NCBI GenBank assembly: GCA_016712025.1
Contig: JADJRW010000007.1
Span: forward strand, 289-64,288
DNA length: 64,000 bases
From: Flavobacteriales bacterium
Lineage (GTDB): Bacteria; Bacteroidota; Bacteroidia; Flavobacteriales_F; PHOS-HE28
Direction of reading: 5' to 3'
Within the stretch, counting starts at the first letter, position 1. Each line of letters starts with the position of its first letter. A model generated the notes under the pieces. That model saw nothing but the letters and a program-made list of their open reading frames with translations, was not told where the DNA came from and did not search any database. Position numbers and translations under genes: made by a program. Positions 47,925-58,600 of the stretch are shown here, in pieces.

Positions 47925-50900
47925 TCAAAGGTGAACGGGGATCAGGGAACCATCCCTTATGTAAAGAAGTGCCCCGGCCACCGAATCGCCGGTGATGGCG
48001 GCGAGCGATGCCATATAGCCTTGCACTTGCACAGGGTGCAGAGCGGATGGCGATCCCGTTTTCACATCGAGCACCGCCCATCCCGAAGGTCCTTGCACCA
48101 CACGGTCCGGTCGCTGGCTGTGCCCGTCATGCGTGATCAGAGGTATTTCGGTCATCACTGAGAAATCATCGCTGAAAAAGGTCCGGAGATCCGGTCGGCG
48201 CAAGAGTTCGGCCAGTGAACCAAGCAGTTCGGCACCTTCGATCGAGGTGAGGTGCCCGGCAGCTACGAAGTGCTGCACGGCAGGCGGCAGATCCCCAGGT
48301 GTATGCACTCGGGCAAGTATGGCATGGGTCAATTGTCCGGCGTGGCGCCATGGATCCGGCTCGTCCGGATCCCAAGTCGCAGGGGCGGTATAGCGGATCG
48401 TGGGCGCGCCGCTTTTACCCACCGGGACAACGGGTAGATCACCTGCGGATCCGTTTTTATTCCGCGAGCGTGGCGCAGGGGCGCGATCCCCGAAAGGGGT
48501 TCCGGATGTGCTGCCCGCTTTCTGTTCCTGCCAGAAGGTGAGCAACTCTTTCATGAAGGGATCTTTGGATCGTTCGGGTACCAACGCATAGAGCCGGTCC
48601 TCCGGCCGCGTGAACGCGACGTAGAGCAGATCGAGCGTGTCCAGCTCGCGGAGAGCGATCTCATCCGCCACTTCGGGGAGGTCCGGGCTGCTCTTCGCGG
48701 AGCGAACGGTGATGAGCGCGCTGGGAAAACCATGCACCACCGTGCCGGGGTCCACCCACAGGCGGGTCTCTTTCCGGCCGGCGGCCATGTCGGGGTAGGG
48801 AACGATCACTACGGGGAATTGCAGGCCCTTGGCTTTGTGTACGGTCATCACTTTCACTGCTTCCACACTTTCCGGAAGCTGCACGCTCAACGTATGACCG
48901 GAGCGTTCCCAAAGGTCAAGGAACCCGCGCACCTCATGGCCATGATCGCGCTGATGGGTGATAACCGCATTGAGGAATGCCGAGAGAAAAGCATCCTGCG
49001 CAGGATGAAGCCCGAAGGTGCGCACAAGATCGAGCACCTGTTCGAAGAGCGTGCGGGGCGATGTCTCGGATCGCTCATTGAACAAACTGCGCAGCACTTT
49101 GGACGGCTGGTCCAGAGGATCGGAACGTAGCACCTGTTCCCTCAGGCCCGGCAACCGGGACGCGGCTTCCAGCGCTCGCGCCGCAGCTTCCTCCTCCCCG
49201 CTCTGCTCGTGGTCCAATGCGGCGATGATCAGTTCGACTGCGGGGTCGCCTTTGATCTTCAGCCCGTCGGGGGAGATCACTGGTATGCCAGCAGCGTTCA
49301 AGGCACGGGCCATGCGGCCACCCTGCACGGCGGAGCGCACCAGAATGGCGAGGTCGGCATAGGCGTATCCATCTTCGAGGCACTGCTGCACGAACGACAA
49401 TGTGCGCTCCTCGATATGCGTGTGGACATCATCGCCCGATAGTTCTTCCGGGATCGCCTCGATACTTACATGACCGCGATGTTGCTTGACCGCATGCTGC
49501 GCCAGATCCCCATAAACAGGCGCGTAGGCCTCGGGCAACTGGGCGCGCAAACGTTCGAAGAGCATGTTGTTGAAGCGCACGAGGTCCCGGGAGGAGCGGT
49601 GGTTATCGCTCAAGGGTGGGACAGGTTGGAATGCGCTCAGCAATGCTTGTTCGCGGACCGCACCTTGCGGCAGATCATCCCTACGGAAGATCCGAGGGAG
49701 TTCGTTGAACTGCCGTACCTCTCCATTGCGCCAACGATAGATGGCCTGCTTCGCATCACCCACAAGGAAAACCTGTCCGCCTGTGGACAATGCGTTCTCT
49801 GCCAACGGCAGCAAGGCATGCCATTGCATAAGCGACGTATCCTGGAACTCATCGATCAGGAAGTGCTCGTAGCGTTGCCCCAGCCGTTCGTAGAGGAAAG
49901 GCACCGGCTCCCGCTGCACCACTTGGGCCACACTGCGCGTAAGGTCTTGGAAGAAGGTGACACCATCGGTTCGTTTGGCCTCTGTCAATCCAGCCTCCAG
50001 GGCCTGGAGAGCGCCCATCGCCATCAGGTCGCGCAGTATCGCGGCACGAAGCAGGTGATCGCGCATGGTGCCATCCGCAAAGCGGGCCTCGATCCGTTCC
50101 AGTGCTTCACGGAATTGCGGAGCGAGCTGTTCGATACGTGCTTTTGCCGTGGCGTCCGCTTTGGCGGCGGCCCATTTGTCGCTATCCAGTGCCTTCCGGG
50201 AATTGGCCCCCATCGGTTCCAACTGGTTCTCGAAGTCCTCTGCCTTGCGCAGGTAACCGATGAACCCGCCTTTTCCATGCGCGAGGTCGCCATCAGAAAG
50301 TCCACTGGCCGCAATGGCTTGGAGAACGGGGCGCGCGATCGATCGGATGGCGTCGCGCGTAGCAGCAACCTCCTGTCGCAGTCGGTCGCGCAGTGCGAGC
50401 AGGGCGTGATGGTCCAGGTCGCGGAGCCGGTCCAGATGCTCCAAGGCTTGTTCCTGGCTGAGCTGTTGCACGAGTATCTTGAACGGAGCGGACGGGTCCC
50501 ATCCCCGCTCATCCTCCACCAATTGCGTACATGCGGCCACGAGCACGTCAGTGAGCGCCTGGTCTTGGCCGGCCTGTTGAAGCAGGATCTCGACCGCCCG
50601 TTCCTCGTACCATGCCTGGTCCGTCGTCATGCGCAGGTCCTGGTCGAGTTGCAGGTCGCGGGCAAAGGGCCGCACCAGGCGCCGTACAAAGGCATCGATC
50701 GTGGTGATCGAAAGGTCGGACCAGTGATGCAGCATGTCCCGCAAAGCGGTCCGGGCGAGCGCGGAGGCTTGCTCGGGTGCGATATGCTTTTGCACGCGCA
50801 ATGCGTTCAACAGGTCCTGGATCCGTGCATCTTCCAACTTCCCTTCGCTGAGCATGCGCAGGTAGAGGAGCACGCGCTCCTTCATCTCCGCCGCAGCCTT

Positions 50901-51044
50901 GTTCGTGAAGGTGAGCGCCAGGACCCGTCGGTAATTGTGCGGGCGCTCGGTCTCCAAGGCCAGCAGGATGAATTGCTTCACCAGCGCATGCGTTTTCCCC
51001 GCCCCAGCGGAACTGTGCAGCACGTTCAACATCGCGGTGGTCAA
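47925..51044 (-). CDS. AddA-like UvrD/REP superfamily-1 helicase with a C-terminal PD-(D/E)XK nuclease
   Basis: 1039 aa. Walker A is SSAGAGKTHALV, followed by ...ALTFTNKAAAEM..., FLIDEFQDTS and VGDAKQAIYRWRNG. The C-terminal nuclease-like block is ...AVLDVKTG...HPVQVQGYM. Confidence 0.85.
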   Translation of the reverse strand: MTTAMLNVLHSSAGAGKTHALVKQFILLALETERPHNYRRVLALTFTNKAAAEMKERVLLYLRMLSEGKLEDARIQDLLNALRVQKHIAPEQASALARTALRDMLHHWSDLSITTIDAFVRRLVRPFARDLQLDQDLRMTTDQAWYEERAVEILLQQAGQDQALTDVLVAACTQLVEDERGWDPSAPFKILVQQLSQEQALEHLDRLRDLDHHALLALRDRLRQEVAATRDAIRSIARPVLQAIAASGLSDGDLAHGKGGFIGYLRKAEDFENQLEPMGANSRKALDSDKWAAAKADATAKARIEQLAPQFREALERIEARFADGTMRDHLLRAAILRDLMAMGALQALEAGLTEAKRTDGVTFFQDLTRSVAQVVQREPVPFLYERLGQRYEHFLIDEFQDTSLMQWHALLPLAENALSTGGQVFLVGDAKQAIYRWRNGEVRQFNELPRIFRRDDLPQGAVREQALLSAFQPVPPLSDNHRSSRDLVRFNNMLFERLRAQLPEAYAPVYGDLAQHAVKQHRGHVSIEAIPEELSGDDVHTHIEERTLSFVQQCLEDGYAYADLAILVRSAVQGGRMARALNAAGIPVISPDGLKIKGDPAVELIIAALDHEQSGEEEAAARALEAASRLPGLREQVLRSDPLDQPSKVLRSLFNERSETSPRTLFEQVLDLVRTFGLHPAQDAFLSAFLNAVITHQRDHGHEVRGFLDLWERSGHTLSVQLPESVEAVKVMTVHKAKGLQFPVVIVPYPDMAAGRKETRLWVDPGTVVHGFPSALITVRSAKSSPDLPEVADEIALRELDTLDLLYVAFTRPEDRLYALVPERSKDPFMKELLTFWQEQKAGSTSGTPFGDRAPAPRSRNKNGSAGDLPVVPVGKSGAPTIRYTAPATWDPDEPDPWRHAGQLTHAILARVHTPGDLPPAVQHFVAAGHLTSIEGAELLGSLAELLRRPDLRTFFSDDFSVMTEIPLITHDGHSQRPDRVVQGPSGWAVLDVKTGSPSALHPVQVQGYMASLAAITGDSVAGALLYIRDGSLIPVHL

Positions 51045-51108
51045 GATAGTGGTCCGGAGCAGGGGTGGATGCGACGAGGACCGGGCGCGCGGCTCCTTGG
51101 TACTACCT

Positions 51109-51116
51109 TACTTTTG
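51109..51116 (+). promoter_or_regulatory. Candidate Bacteroidota -7 promoter box (TACTTTTG)
   Basis: Exact TAnnTTTG match 65 nt upstream of the MbnP-like ATG (51181), in the spacer divergent from the AddA-like gene. Confidence 0.3.
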
Positions 51117-51180
51117 TCTGGCGGCAACAGAAATGCCCATTGGCACGTCTTCAAGCCGATCCGGTCCACACCCACCATCC

Positions 51181-51930
51181 ATGCACAACAAATCACTTGC
51201 TCTATCTGTCTTAAGCGCATCGTTGGTCCTATTGTCCGCATGCCACAAGCCAAGTATGGATGGTATGGCAGGCCAGGTCAGGTTACATGTAGTGGCCACT
51301 TGGGAAGGACAGCCGTTCGTGGTTTCGCAGGAACACCACGACATCCTCAACCACCGGATCTTCGTGGATGGTTTGAAGCTCTATCTCAGCGACGTTGGCT
51401 TGCAGGGACCCAGCGGGAACGCTGACCTGCTGGAGATCGGCCTTTTCAACTTCGGCAATGGTGCAGGCATCCATGTGACGGAGGTCGCCTCAGGGACCTA
51501 TAGTGCCTTGCATTTCGGACTGGGCGTGCGTCCGGACCTGAATATGTCCGACCCGTCGCAATATGTCGCGGGCCACCCCCTCAGCGTGAGCAACGGCACC
51601 TATTGGACGTGGGCGTCCGGCTACCGTTTCGTCATGTTCGATGGCCGCTATGACACCGACCCGAACGGGACAGGCACAGTGCTACCGACCTTCTCCATCC
51701 ACACTGGAAAGAACGACTGCTACACCACAAGGGTGTTGCAGGCACCTGCCCCCATTCATGTGGAGCCGGGCGATACCACGGAGGTGTACTTGGAATTCGC
51801 CGTGGATCGCTTCCTCTACACCGCGACCGACACGATCGATATCAGCACAGAAAATCAGAGCCACGGCAATAACCTTCCCCTGGCGCTGCGTTTCACCGAT
51901 TGTTTCGTTCAAAGCACATCGTTGAATTGA
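51181..51930 (+). CDS. MbnP family lipoprotein (putative copper-binding partner of a MauG-like peroxidase)
   Basis: ORF 50935..51930 trimmed to ATG 51181. Lipobox LSASLVLLSAC. The motif order ...LKLYLSDVGL...GTYSALHFGLGVRPDLN...NGTYWTWASGYRFVMFDGRYD...FSIHTGKND... resembles MbnP proteins as I recall them. It is followed immediately by di-haem peroxidase genes. Confidence 0.65.
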   Translation: MHNKSLALSVLSASLVLLSACHKPSMDGMAGQVRLHVVATWEGQPFVVSQEHHDILNHRIFVDGLKLYLSDVGLQGPSGNADLLEIGLFNFGNGAGIHVTEVASGTYSALHFGLGVRPDLNMSDPSQYVAGHPLSVSNGTYWTWASGYRFVMFDGRYDTDPNGTGTVLPTFSIHTGKNDCYTTRVLQAPAPIHVEPGDTTEVYLEFAVDRFLYTATDTIDISTENQSHGNNLPLALRFTDCFVQSTSLN

Positions 51931-52941
51931 AGCGGATCAGCTTCTTTGTCGCCGGATCGTTGGTCCTGAGCGGATGCCGAAAGGATCCCGGGCTGGCAGG
52001 TATTGAAGCTCCTTCCTTGTTCGCATTGGACCTTCCACCAGGGGCGGAAATGCCGATCGTGCCGGGAGAGAATCCGCTCACCACACCATCGGTCCGGTTG
52101 GGCAAGGCGCTCTTCTTCGAGAAGGGCTTGTCGCGCACCGGAACGCTTTCCTGCGCCGGTTGTCATTTTCCGGAACGGGCTTTCAGTGACACGGTTCCGC
52201 GCAGCGCAGGCGTGAACGGCGATCTGGGCATGCGCAATGCCCCATCGTTGGCCAACGTGGCATACCACCCCGCGCTTTTCCGGGATGGCGGCGTACCCAA
52301 CTTGGAATTGCAAGTGCTCGCCCCGATCCATGACGACCTGGAGATGGACCACGATATCAACGCCGCGGCGGGCGATCTGCGGGATAGGGAGCCCTATGCC
52401 ACGCTGAGCCAGCAAGCCTACGGAAAGCCGCTGGATGCGTACGTCATCACGCGGGCCCTCGCGAACTACGAGCGCACACTGCTCAGCGGTTGGTCGCGGT
52501 ATGATCGTTTCGTTCACCTCGCCGATGGCAATGCGCTGAGCGAACAAGAACTCCGGGGTCTCGACCTGTTCAATAGCAGCGCGACCGGGTGCGTCTCCTG
52601 TCACAGCGGGCAGGATCTCAGCGACCATGCGTTCTACAACATCGGCCAGTACGTGGATTACGCCGATCCCGGTCGTGAGCGTATCACCCAGGACCCCGGC
52701 GATCTGGGCAAGTTCAAGGTTCCCACATTGCGCAACATCGCGCTCTCACCGCCCCTACATGCACGACGGAACGATGGCTACCTTGGAGCAGGTGATCGAC
52801 CACTTCGCCAGCGGCGGGCTGCCGCATCCGAACAAAAGCCCTTTGTTGACACCATTCACTTTGAGCCCCACCGAGCGCGCTGATCTGATCGCTTTCCTGC
52901 ACGCGCTCACCGACGAACGACCCATCGACCAAGTACCATGA
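51927..52941 (+). CDS. Di-haem cytochrome c peroxidase / MauG family (MbnH-like) lipoprotein, with one apparent frameshift
   Basis: ORF 51900..52883 joins ORF 52627..52941 at the C-run 52749-52756 (...TLRNIALS / [19 protein letters not shown]...). Two CxxCH sites are present (CAGCHF, CVSCHS). Lipobox LVLSGC. The start is uncertain (TTG 51927 overlaps the upstream stop). Confidence 0.8.
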
Positions 52942-54072
52942 GCAAGCACTTCACCATACGGTTCCTGCTCCTTTCCTTGCCGCTATTCGTGGTGAGTTGC
53001 GACAGGGATCCGGATCCGCCAGACCAGTGGGGGTGGTGGAGGTGGCGGAAATGACGCGGTGTACGACCCAACACCCTATGCGCTGGAGATCCCGGCCAAC
53101 TTCCCACCGATGGCGATCCCACCGGACAATCCGATCACAGTGAAAGGGGTGGAGCTCGGCCGTTTCCTGTTCTATGAGGAACGCCTTTCCGGAGACAACT
53201 CGCTCTCCTGCGGAAGCTGCCATTCGCCGCAGGCCGCCTTTACGGATGACGGCAATCAGTTCAGCACAGGTATCGACGGCAGCATAGGCACGCGGAATTC
53301 GATGGCCCTGATCAACCTGGGCTGGGACAACTTCTACTTCTGGGATGGCCGCGCAGCTACGCTGGAACAGCAGATCCTGGAGCCGGTGGTGAACCCGATC
53401 GAAATGCACGAGACCTGGCCCAACGCCGCAGGTAAGCTGCAAGCGGATAGCGCCTACCGCGATCTTTTCATCGAAGCCTTCGATGCGGAACAGATCGACT
53501 CCACGTTAGTAGCACGCGCCATCGCACAGTTCCTTCGGACCATGATCAGTGCCAACTCCAAACTGGACAAGGTGATGCGTGGCGAGGCCTTCTTCACACA
53601 AGAGGAACAAAGGGGCGTTACGTTGACCCAATTGGAAGGCGGTGATCCCGACCTGGGCTTGGGTGGCCAGAGCGGTGCGGATTGCTTTCATTGCCATTCC
53701 CAGGCGGCCGGTCTGTTCACCAACGGGCAGATGGAGAACAACGGATTGGATTCGGTCTTCACGGATCTCGGTGCGGGCGCTGTCACCGGCAACCCCCAGG
53801 ACAACGGCAAGTTCAAAGTGCCTACGCTGCGCAACGTGGCGCTCACCGCACCCTACATGCACGATGGACGCTTCCAAACCATGGAGGAAGTTGTGGAGCA
53901 CTACAACAGTGGTGGTACGCCATCCGCGACCATCAGCCCGTTCATGAAGTTCACACAAGGAGGACTTCAGCTTCCACCGAGCGACAAGCAAGCACTGATC
54001 GCTTTCCTGAATACGTTGACGGACATGGACTTCGTGAACGACCCTCGTTTCCAGGATCCCGGCGCGCCGTAG
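52938..54072 (+). CDS. Second di-haem cytochrome c peroxidase / MauG family lipoprotein, with one apparent frameshift near the 5' end
   Basis: The signal-peptide segment is too short to appear in the ORF track. My own translation from ATG 52938 gives [30 protein letters not shown]. The frame switches near 53020-53035 into ...[22 protein letters not shown]... (ORF 53059..54072). Haem sites are CGSCHS and CFHCHS, and the block [19 protein letters not shown] is present. Confidence 0.8.
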
Positions 54073-54076
54073 TTGA

Positions 54077-55558
54077 TCAGGCGGCGCGCTCCACGGCAGC
54101 GGTCGGGCGCCAGGTGGTGCAGCGCATCTTATCGCCGAACACGCTCGGTTTGAACAAGCTGGTGCCCATAAGGATCCTTGCGCATTCCTGAACGCCCTCG
54201 GTGATGCTCGGATGCGGATGCACCATTTCCGCCAGATGGTGGATGCCTTCGTTCATATGCATGAGCAAAGCCACCGCTTGGATCGCACTGGATGCGTGTT
54301 CGCCCACGGCGCGCATGCCCAGGATGCGCATGTCCGCGTCGTCTGTGACGAGCACTTTGAAGAAGCCTTGGGTGCGGCGCATCGCGATGGCACGTGCCAG
54401 GCAGGCGTAGTCAATCCGTGCTACGCGATGGGGGATGTTCTGCTTCCGGCACTCCTGCTCGTTCAAGCCTACTCCGGCCACTTCCGGCTCCACGAACATG
54501 ATCGTGCTCACATGGCCGTAGTTCAGCGGAGCGGGCGACCGGCCGGCGATGAGTTCAGCGGCATGGCGCCCTTCCAGTTCGCCGAGGTTGACCAGCATGT
54601 TGGAGGAAGTCGCATCGCCGACCACAAGGATGTGCTCCATGGAGGAGCGCACGCCTTCCACCGCGATGCCGCCGCTGCTTGGGTCCATGCGCACGCCCGC
54701 GTGTTCCAGGCCAAGCCCTTCCACATTGGGCACGCGGCCTACGGAGAGCAGCGCTTTTTCCACCTGCACCACTTCGCGGTGCCCATCGGGATAGGAGAGT
54801 TCATATTCCACGGCGTGCGGCATCGCTTCCAGCCGCTCCAGTTTCGCCGAGCGATGGATCACCACGCCGCGGCGCTCCAAGTTGTGGGCCACCAGGTCGC
54901 TCACATCATGGTCCTCGAAGGGTAGGATGCGTTCGGCGCGATCGATCAGGTGGACTTTCGTGCGGCCCAGGTGGCTCAGAATGGTGGCGAACTCGCAGCC
55001 GATCACCCCAGCGCCCACGATCACTATACTTTGTGGAAGCTCCTCCAAACGGAAGATGCCATCGCTGGTGAGGATGCGCTTCTCATCCGCCGGTATGGTA
55101 GTTAGCCCACGCGGACGGCTTCCGGTGGCGATAACGATATGGTCGGCATGTATCTCGGTGTTCTGTCCCGCTAGGTCGATGTTGATGCGGTGTGGGGAAA
55201 GAAAGGAGGCCTTGCCACGGGCGTGGTGGAACTGATCGCCTTGGTTCTCCAGCAACTGCATGTGGCAGGCGTAGAGGTATTTGCGCTCGAACACGGCCTC
55301 GTTCACCGTGCGCGTGATCTCGCTCCAACTGGGCCGGAAGGGTTCCCGCCCGCGCGACCGGACCATCTCGTTCGTACTGGCCACGCGCTGCGCGATCTCC
55401 CACAAGGTCTTGGACATCAACGCGCCGTTGTAGATACCCGTTCCGCCGATGCGGTCCTTCTCCACCAGCAAGGTGCGCGCGCCCAGGTCGATGGCGCGCA
55501 TGGCGGCGGCGTATCCGGCGGGTCCGCCACCGATCACGCACAGGTCGAAGTGTTCCAT
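54077..55558 (-). CDS. FAD/NAD(P)-dependent pyridine nucleotide-disulfide oxidoreductase family protein (Lpd/SthA-like) lacking the redox-active CxxxxC
   Basis: MEHFDLCVIGGGPAGYAAAMRA...VEKDRIGGTGIYNGALMSKTLW occupies the position of GGTCLNVGCIPSK. A second Rossmann motif (IVIVGAGVIGCEF) and a C-terminal HPHPSITEG dyad are present. Confidence 0.8.
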   Translation of the reverse strand: MEHFDLCVIGGGPAGYAAAMRAIDLGARTLLVEKDRIGGTGIYNGALMSKTLWEIAQRVASTNEMVRSRGREPFRPSWSEITRTVNEAVFERKYLYACHMQLLENQGDQFHHARGKASFLSPHRINIDLAGQNTEIHADHIVIATGSRPRGLTTIPADEKRILTSDGIFRLEELPQSIVIVGAGVIGCEFATILSHLGRTKVHLIDRAERILPFEDHDVSDLVAHNLERRGVVIHRSAKLERLEAMPHAVEYELSYPDGHREVVQVEKALLSVGRVPNVEGLGLEHAGVRMDPSSGGIAVEGVRSSMEHILVVGDATSSNMLVNLGELEGRHAAELIAGRSPAPLNYGHVSTIMFVEPEVAGVGLNEQECRKQNIPHRVARIDYACLARAIAMRRTQGFFKVLVTDDADMRILGMRAVGEHASSAIQAVALLMHMNEGIHHLAEMVHPHPSITEGVQECARILMGTSLFKPSVFGDKMRCTTWRPTAAVERAA

Positions 55559-55679
55559 GGAAGGGTTCCGGGGTCGATGGCGTTCCTACGGTCCTGATGG
55601 TCCATGGGTTCGGTCACCCCGCCGGTATCCTTCCCTTCCCGGTGCGCGTAGGAAGGACCACATAACGGGCATCCCCCGC

Positions 55680-58600
55680 GTGCAGACCTTCCGCAAGCTC
55701 CTCGTATCCCTGCTCGGCGCCACGGCGCTGGTGAGCGCAAGGGCCCAATGCCCGTTGCTGTATGACTATTGGGGTACACCCACCGACACGCCGACGTGGT
55801 ACAGCTGTTCAGGTCTGAACTTCACCTTGCTGATCGCTTCACCACAGGCCGTTGGTGCGTTCACGATCGATTGGGGCGACAACAGCCCGGTATACAGCGC
55901 GGGTGCGCTGATCCCCCCTGCCACGGTCACGCATCCATACGCCGCTGCGGTCACTGAGTACACCGTGACGTTCACCGAAACGGCCACGGGCTGTGTGATC
56001 ACCGGTACGGTGATCATGGAGGAGAGCACCAGCGCGAGCATTCAGATACCTGTTGGTGGCCTTACGCAGATCTGCGCGCCACAAGCGGTTGAGTTCATCA
56101 ACTCCAGCACCAACGTTTCCCCGAACACGGTCTTTACTTGGGATTTCGGTGATGCGAGCACGCAGTTGGTCTATGACTACACGAACCTTGGCCAGACGAT
56201 CTCGCACACGTACCTGCCCGGCACCGTGAGTTGCGAGACCACCGTGCGCCTGTACGCGGAGAACGAGTGCAACACGTTGCAGGGTGGATCGAGCCAGGCC
56301 ACTTTCAATCCGATCCGCGTGTGGGATATCGATAGCGCGCAGATCTCGCCGTCGGCCACGCTGCTTTGTTGGCCGGACCGCACGGTCACCTTCCTGAACA
56401 CCACGGACCGCAACTGCCTCAACCAGGGGAACATCTACCAGCGTTATGAGTACTGGAACTTCGGCGACTACTGGGGCCAGGGCCAGGACAGCATCATCGA
56501 TTGGTCGCCGTGGCCACCCACGTTCCCACGCACCATCCAGTATCCCGGCATCGGTTCGTACGACGTGATGTTGTTGGACAGCAACTACTGCGGGATCGAT
56601 ACGGCGTACGTGACGATCACGATCGTGCCGCCGCCCTTCGGTACAACTCACCGCCACGCCCGACACGGTTTGCGCGGGAGGTGCCATCAGTTTCGATGAG
56701 ACCACGGCGGGTGGGGCGAACTACTTCCAATGGGATTTCGGCACAGGCAATGGGTTCCAGAACACCGGTTCGGGCGATCAAGCCTTCACCTACAACACGC
56801 CGGGTTCGTTCCTCGTCTCCTACGCCGCGAGCATACAAGGCGCCACCGCAGGATGTGCCGACACCGCATCGGTGCCGATCGTCGTATTGCCGAGCCCCAC
56901 GGCCGACTTCACCTGGGACCAGGATGCCGCGTGCGATTCATTGACCGTCATCTTCACGAACGCGTCGATCAGCGCGATCAACCAAACCTGGGATTTCGGC
57001 GATGGCACCTTCAGTTCGGCCATCGATCCGCCTCCGCATTTCTATGGGGCCACCGCACCTCCACGGTAAACCTGACGGTAACGAATGTGCAGGGCTGCGA
57101 CGACACGTTCTCGCACGATATCCATGTGTTCGATCCGCCTGCGGTGCAGATCGCATCGCAGAACGTGTGCGAAGGGGTTACGGGTCAGTTCTTCGATCAA
57201 ACCGTCACCGCTGTCGGCAATGAAGTGATCCAGTGGTCGTGGGATTTCGGCGATGGCGATACTTCCGATCTGGAGGATCCCACGCACCTGTACCTCGCAT
57301 CCGGTGGATACACGGTGACACTCACCGTCAACACGCCCTATTGTTCCGGTACGGGCATCCAGAACGTGCTCGTTGAAGCGAAGCCGGTGGCTTCGTTCGT
57401 GCCGGTGCCGAACATCGGATGCTCGCCACTTGATGTCTCCTTCACGAACACCAGCACGGGTGCCGTGAGCTATGTATGGGATTTCGGCGACGGTACATCG
57501 GATACGAACCCTTCCCCCCAACACACCTATTTCAATGCGGGCCCGGGCAACGCGATAGATACTGTGATGCTCGTGGCCTCCACGCTGTTCGGCTGTTCGG
57601 ATACCGCGACGGCGATGATCACCGTGGCCCCACCGGTGGTGGCCGGGTTCACCCACAATGCGTTGCCGGGTTGCGCACCGCTCGATGTGCAGTTGGCGCT
57701 GGTCTTCCCGGTCACCATGATCGGTGCGAACGCCTTCGGTTGTGTGGATACCACCTACGATCAGGTCACGGTCTATCCGGTCCCGTCCGCTTCGTTCAAT
57801 GTCGCACCTGGCATCGGTTGCCATCCGCTCACCGCGCAGATGATGAACGCGAGCACCGGAGCCACCATTTATGACTGGAGCTATGGCGATGGCGCTACTT
57901 CGGATACCACGGCGGCTGTTCACGCACACACCTGGAACAACTTCACCACGGCGACGGTGAGCTACCCCGTCACGCTCATTGCGACCAACCAATACGGCTG
58001 CTCGAGCACGACTTCCAAACAGGTGGAAGTATACCCTGCGGTAGTCGCCTCCTTCACCATGGACACGGTGGGATGCTCGCCGTTCCCAGCGGATATCGTG
58101 AATACGAGTTCGGGTGCGTCCAGCTACTTCTGGGACCTGGGTGACGGCAGTGGAAGCGTTCAGCCTTCACCGGCCCACTTCTACTTGAACGCGGGTTTGA
58201 GCGATGTGATCTACACGGCCACGCTCGTATCCACGTCGGTCTTCGGTTGCAGTGATACCACGAGCATGGACGTGCTTGTACATCCTTCTCCGATCGTGCA
58301 GTTCACACCAAGCATGCTGGCCGGGTGCCAACCGCTGCAAGTGGACTTCCAGGACCTCACCCTCGGAGCGGTAGGCATGGATTGGCAGTTCGGTGATGGC
58401 GCCTTCACCAACGGCGGGCCTGGGGATGTAACGCACACCTATGCGCACACCGATACCGTTCCCGCGACCTACACTGTGCAACTGATCGGTACCACCGCGT
58501 TCGGCTGCACGGATACCGCGACGGCACCGATCCAGGTCTATCCGCAAGTAGTGGCCGCCTTCACCGCCCCGGCGGAAGGTTGCACGCCGCTCACCATCGC

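Noticed and set aside
42274-51044. The nuclease/helicase pair as a candidate phage-defence island.
   Set aside because: The domain order and sizes match the AddAB/RexAB-like recombination-repair pair common in Bacteroidota. There are no accompanying methylase, ATPase-effector, TIR/SIR2, reverse-transcriptase or toxin-like genes. The intervening genes are an adhesin, a GNAT and a small hypothetical.
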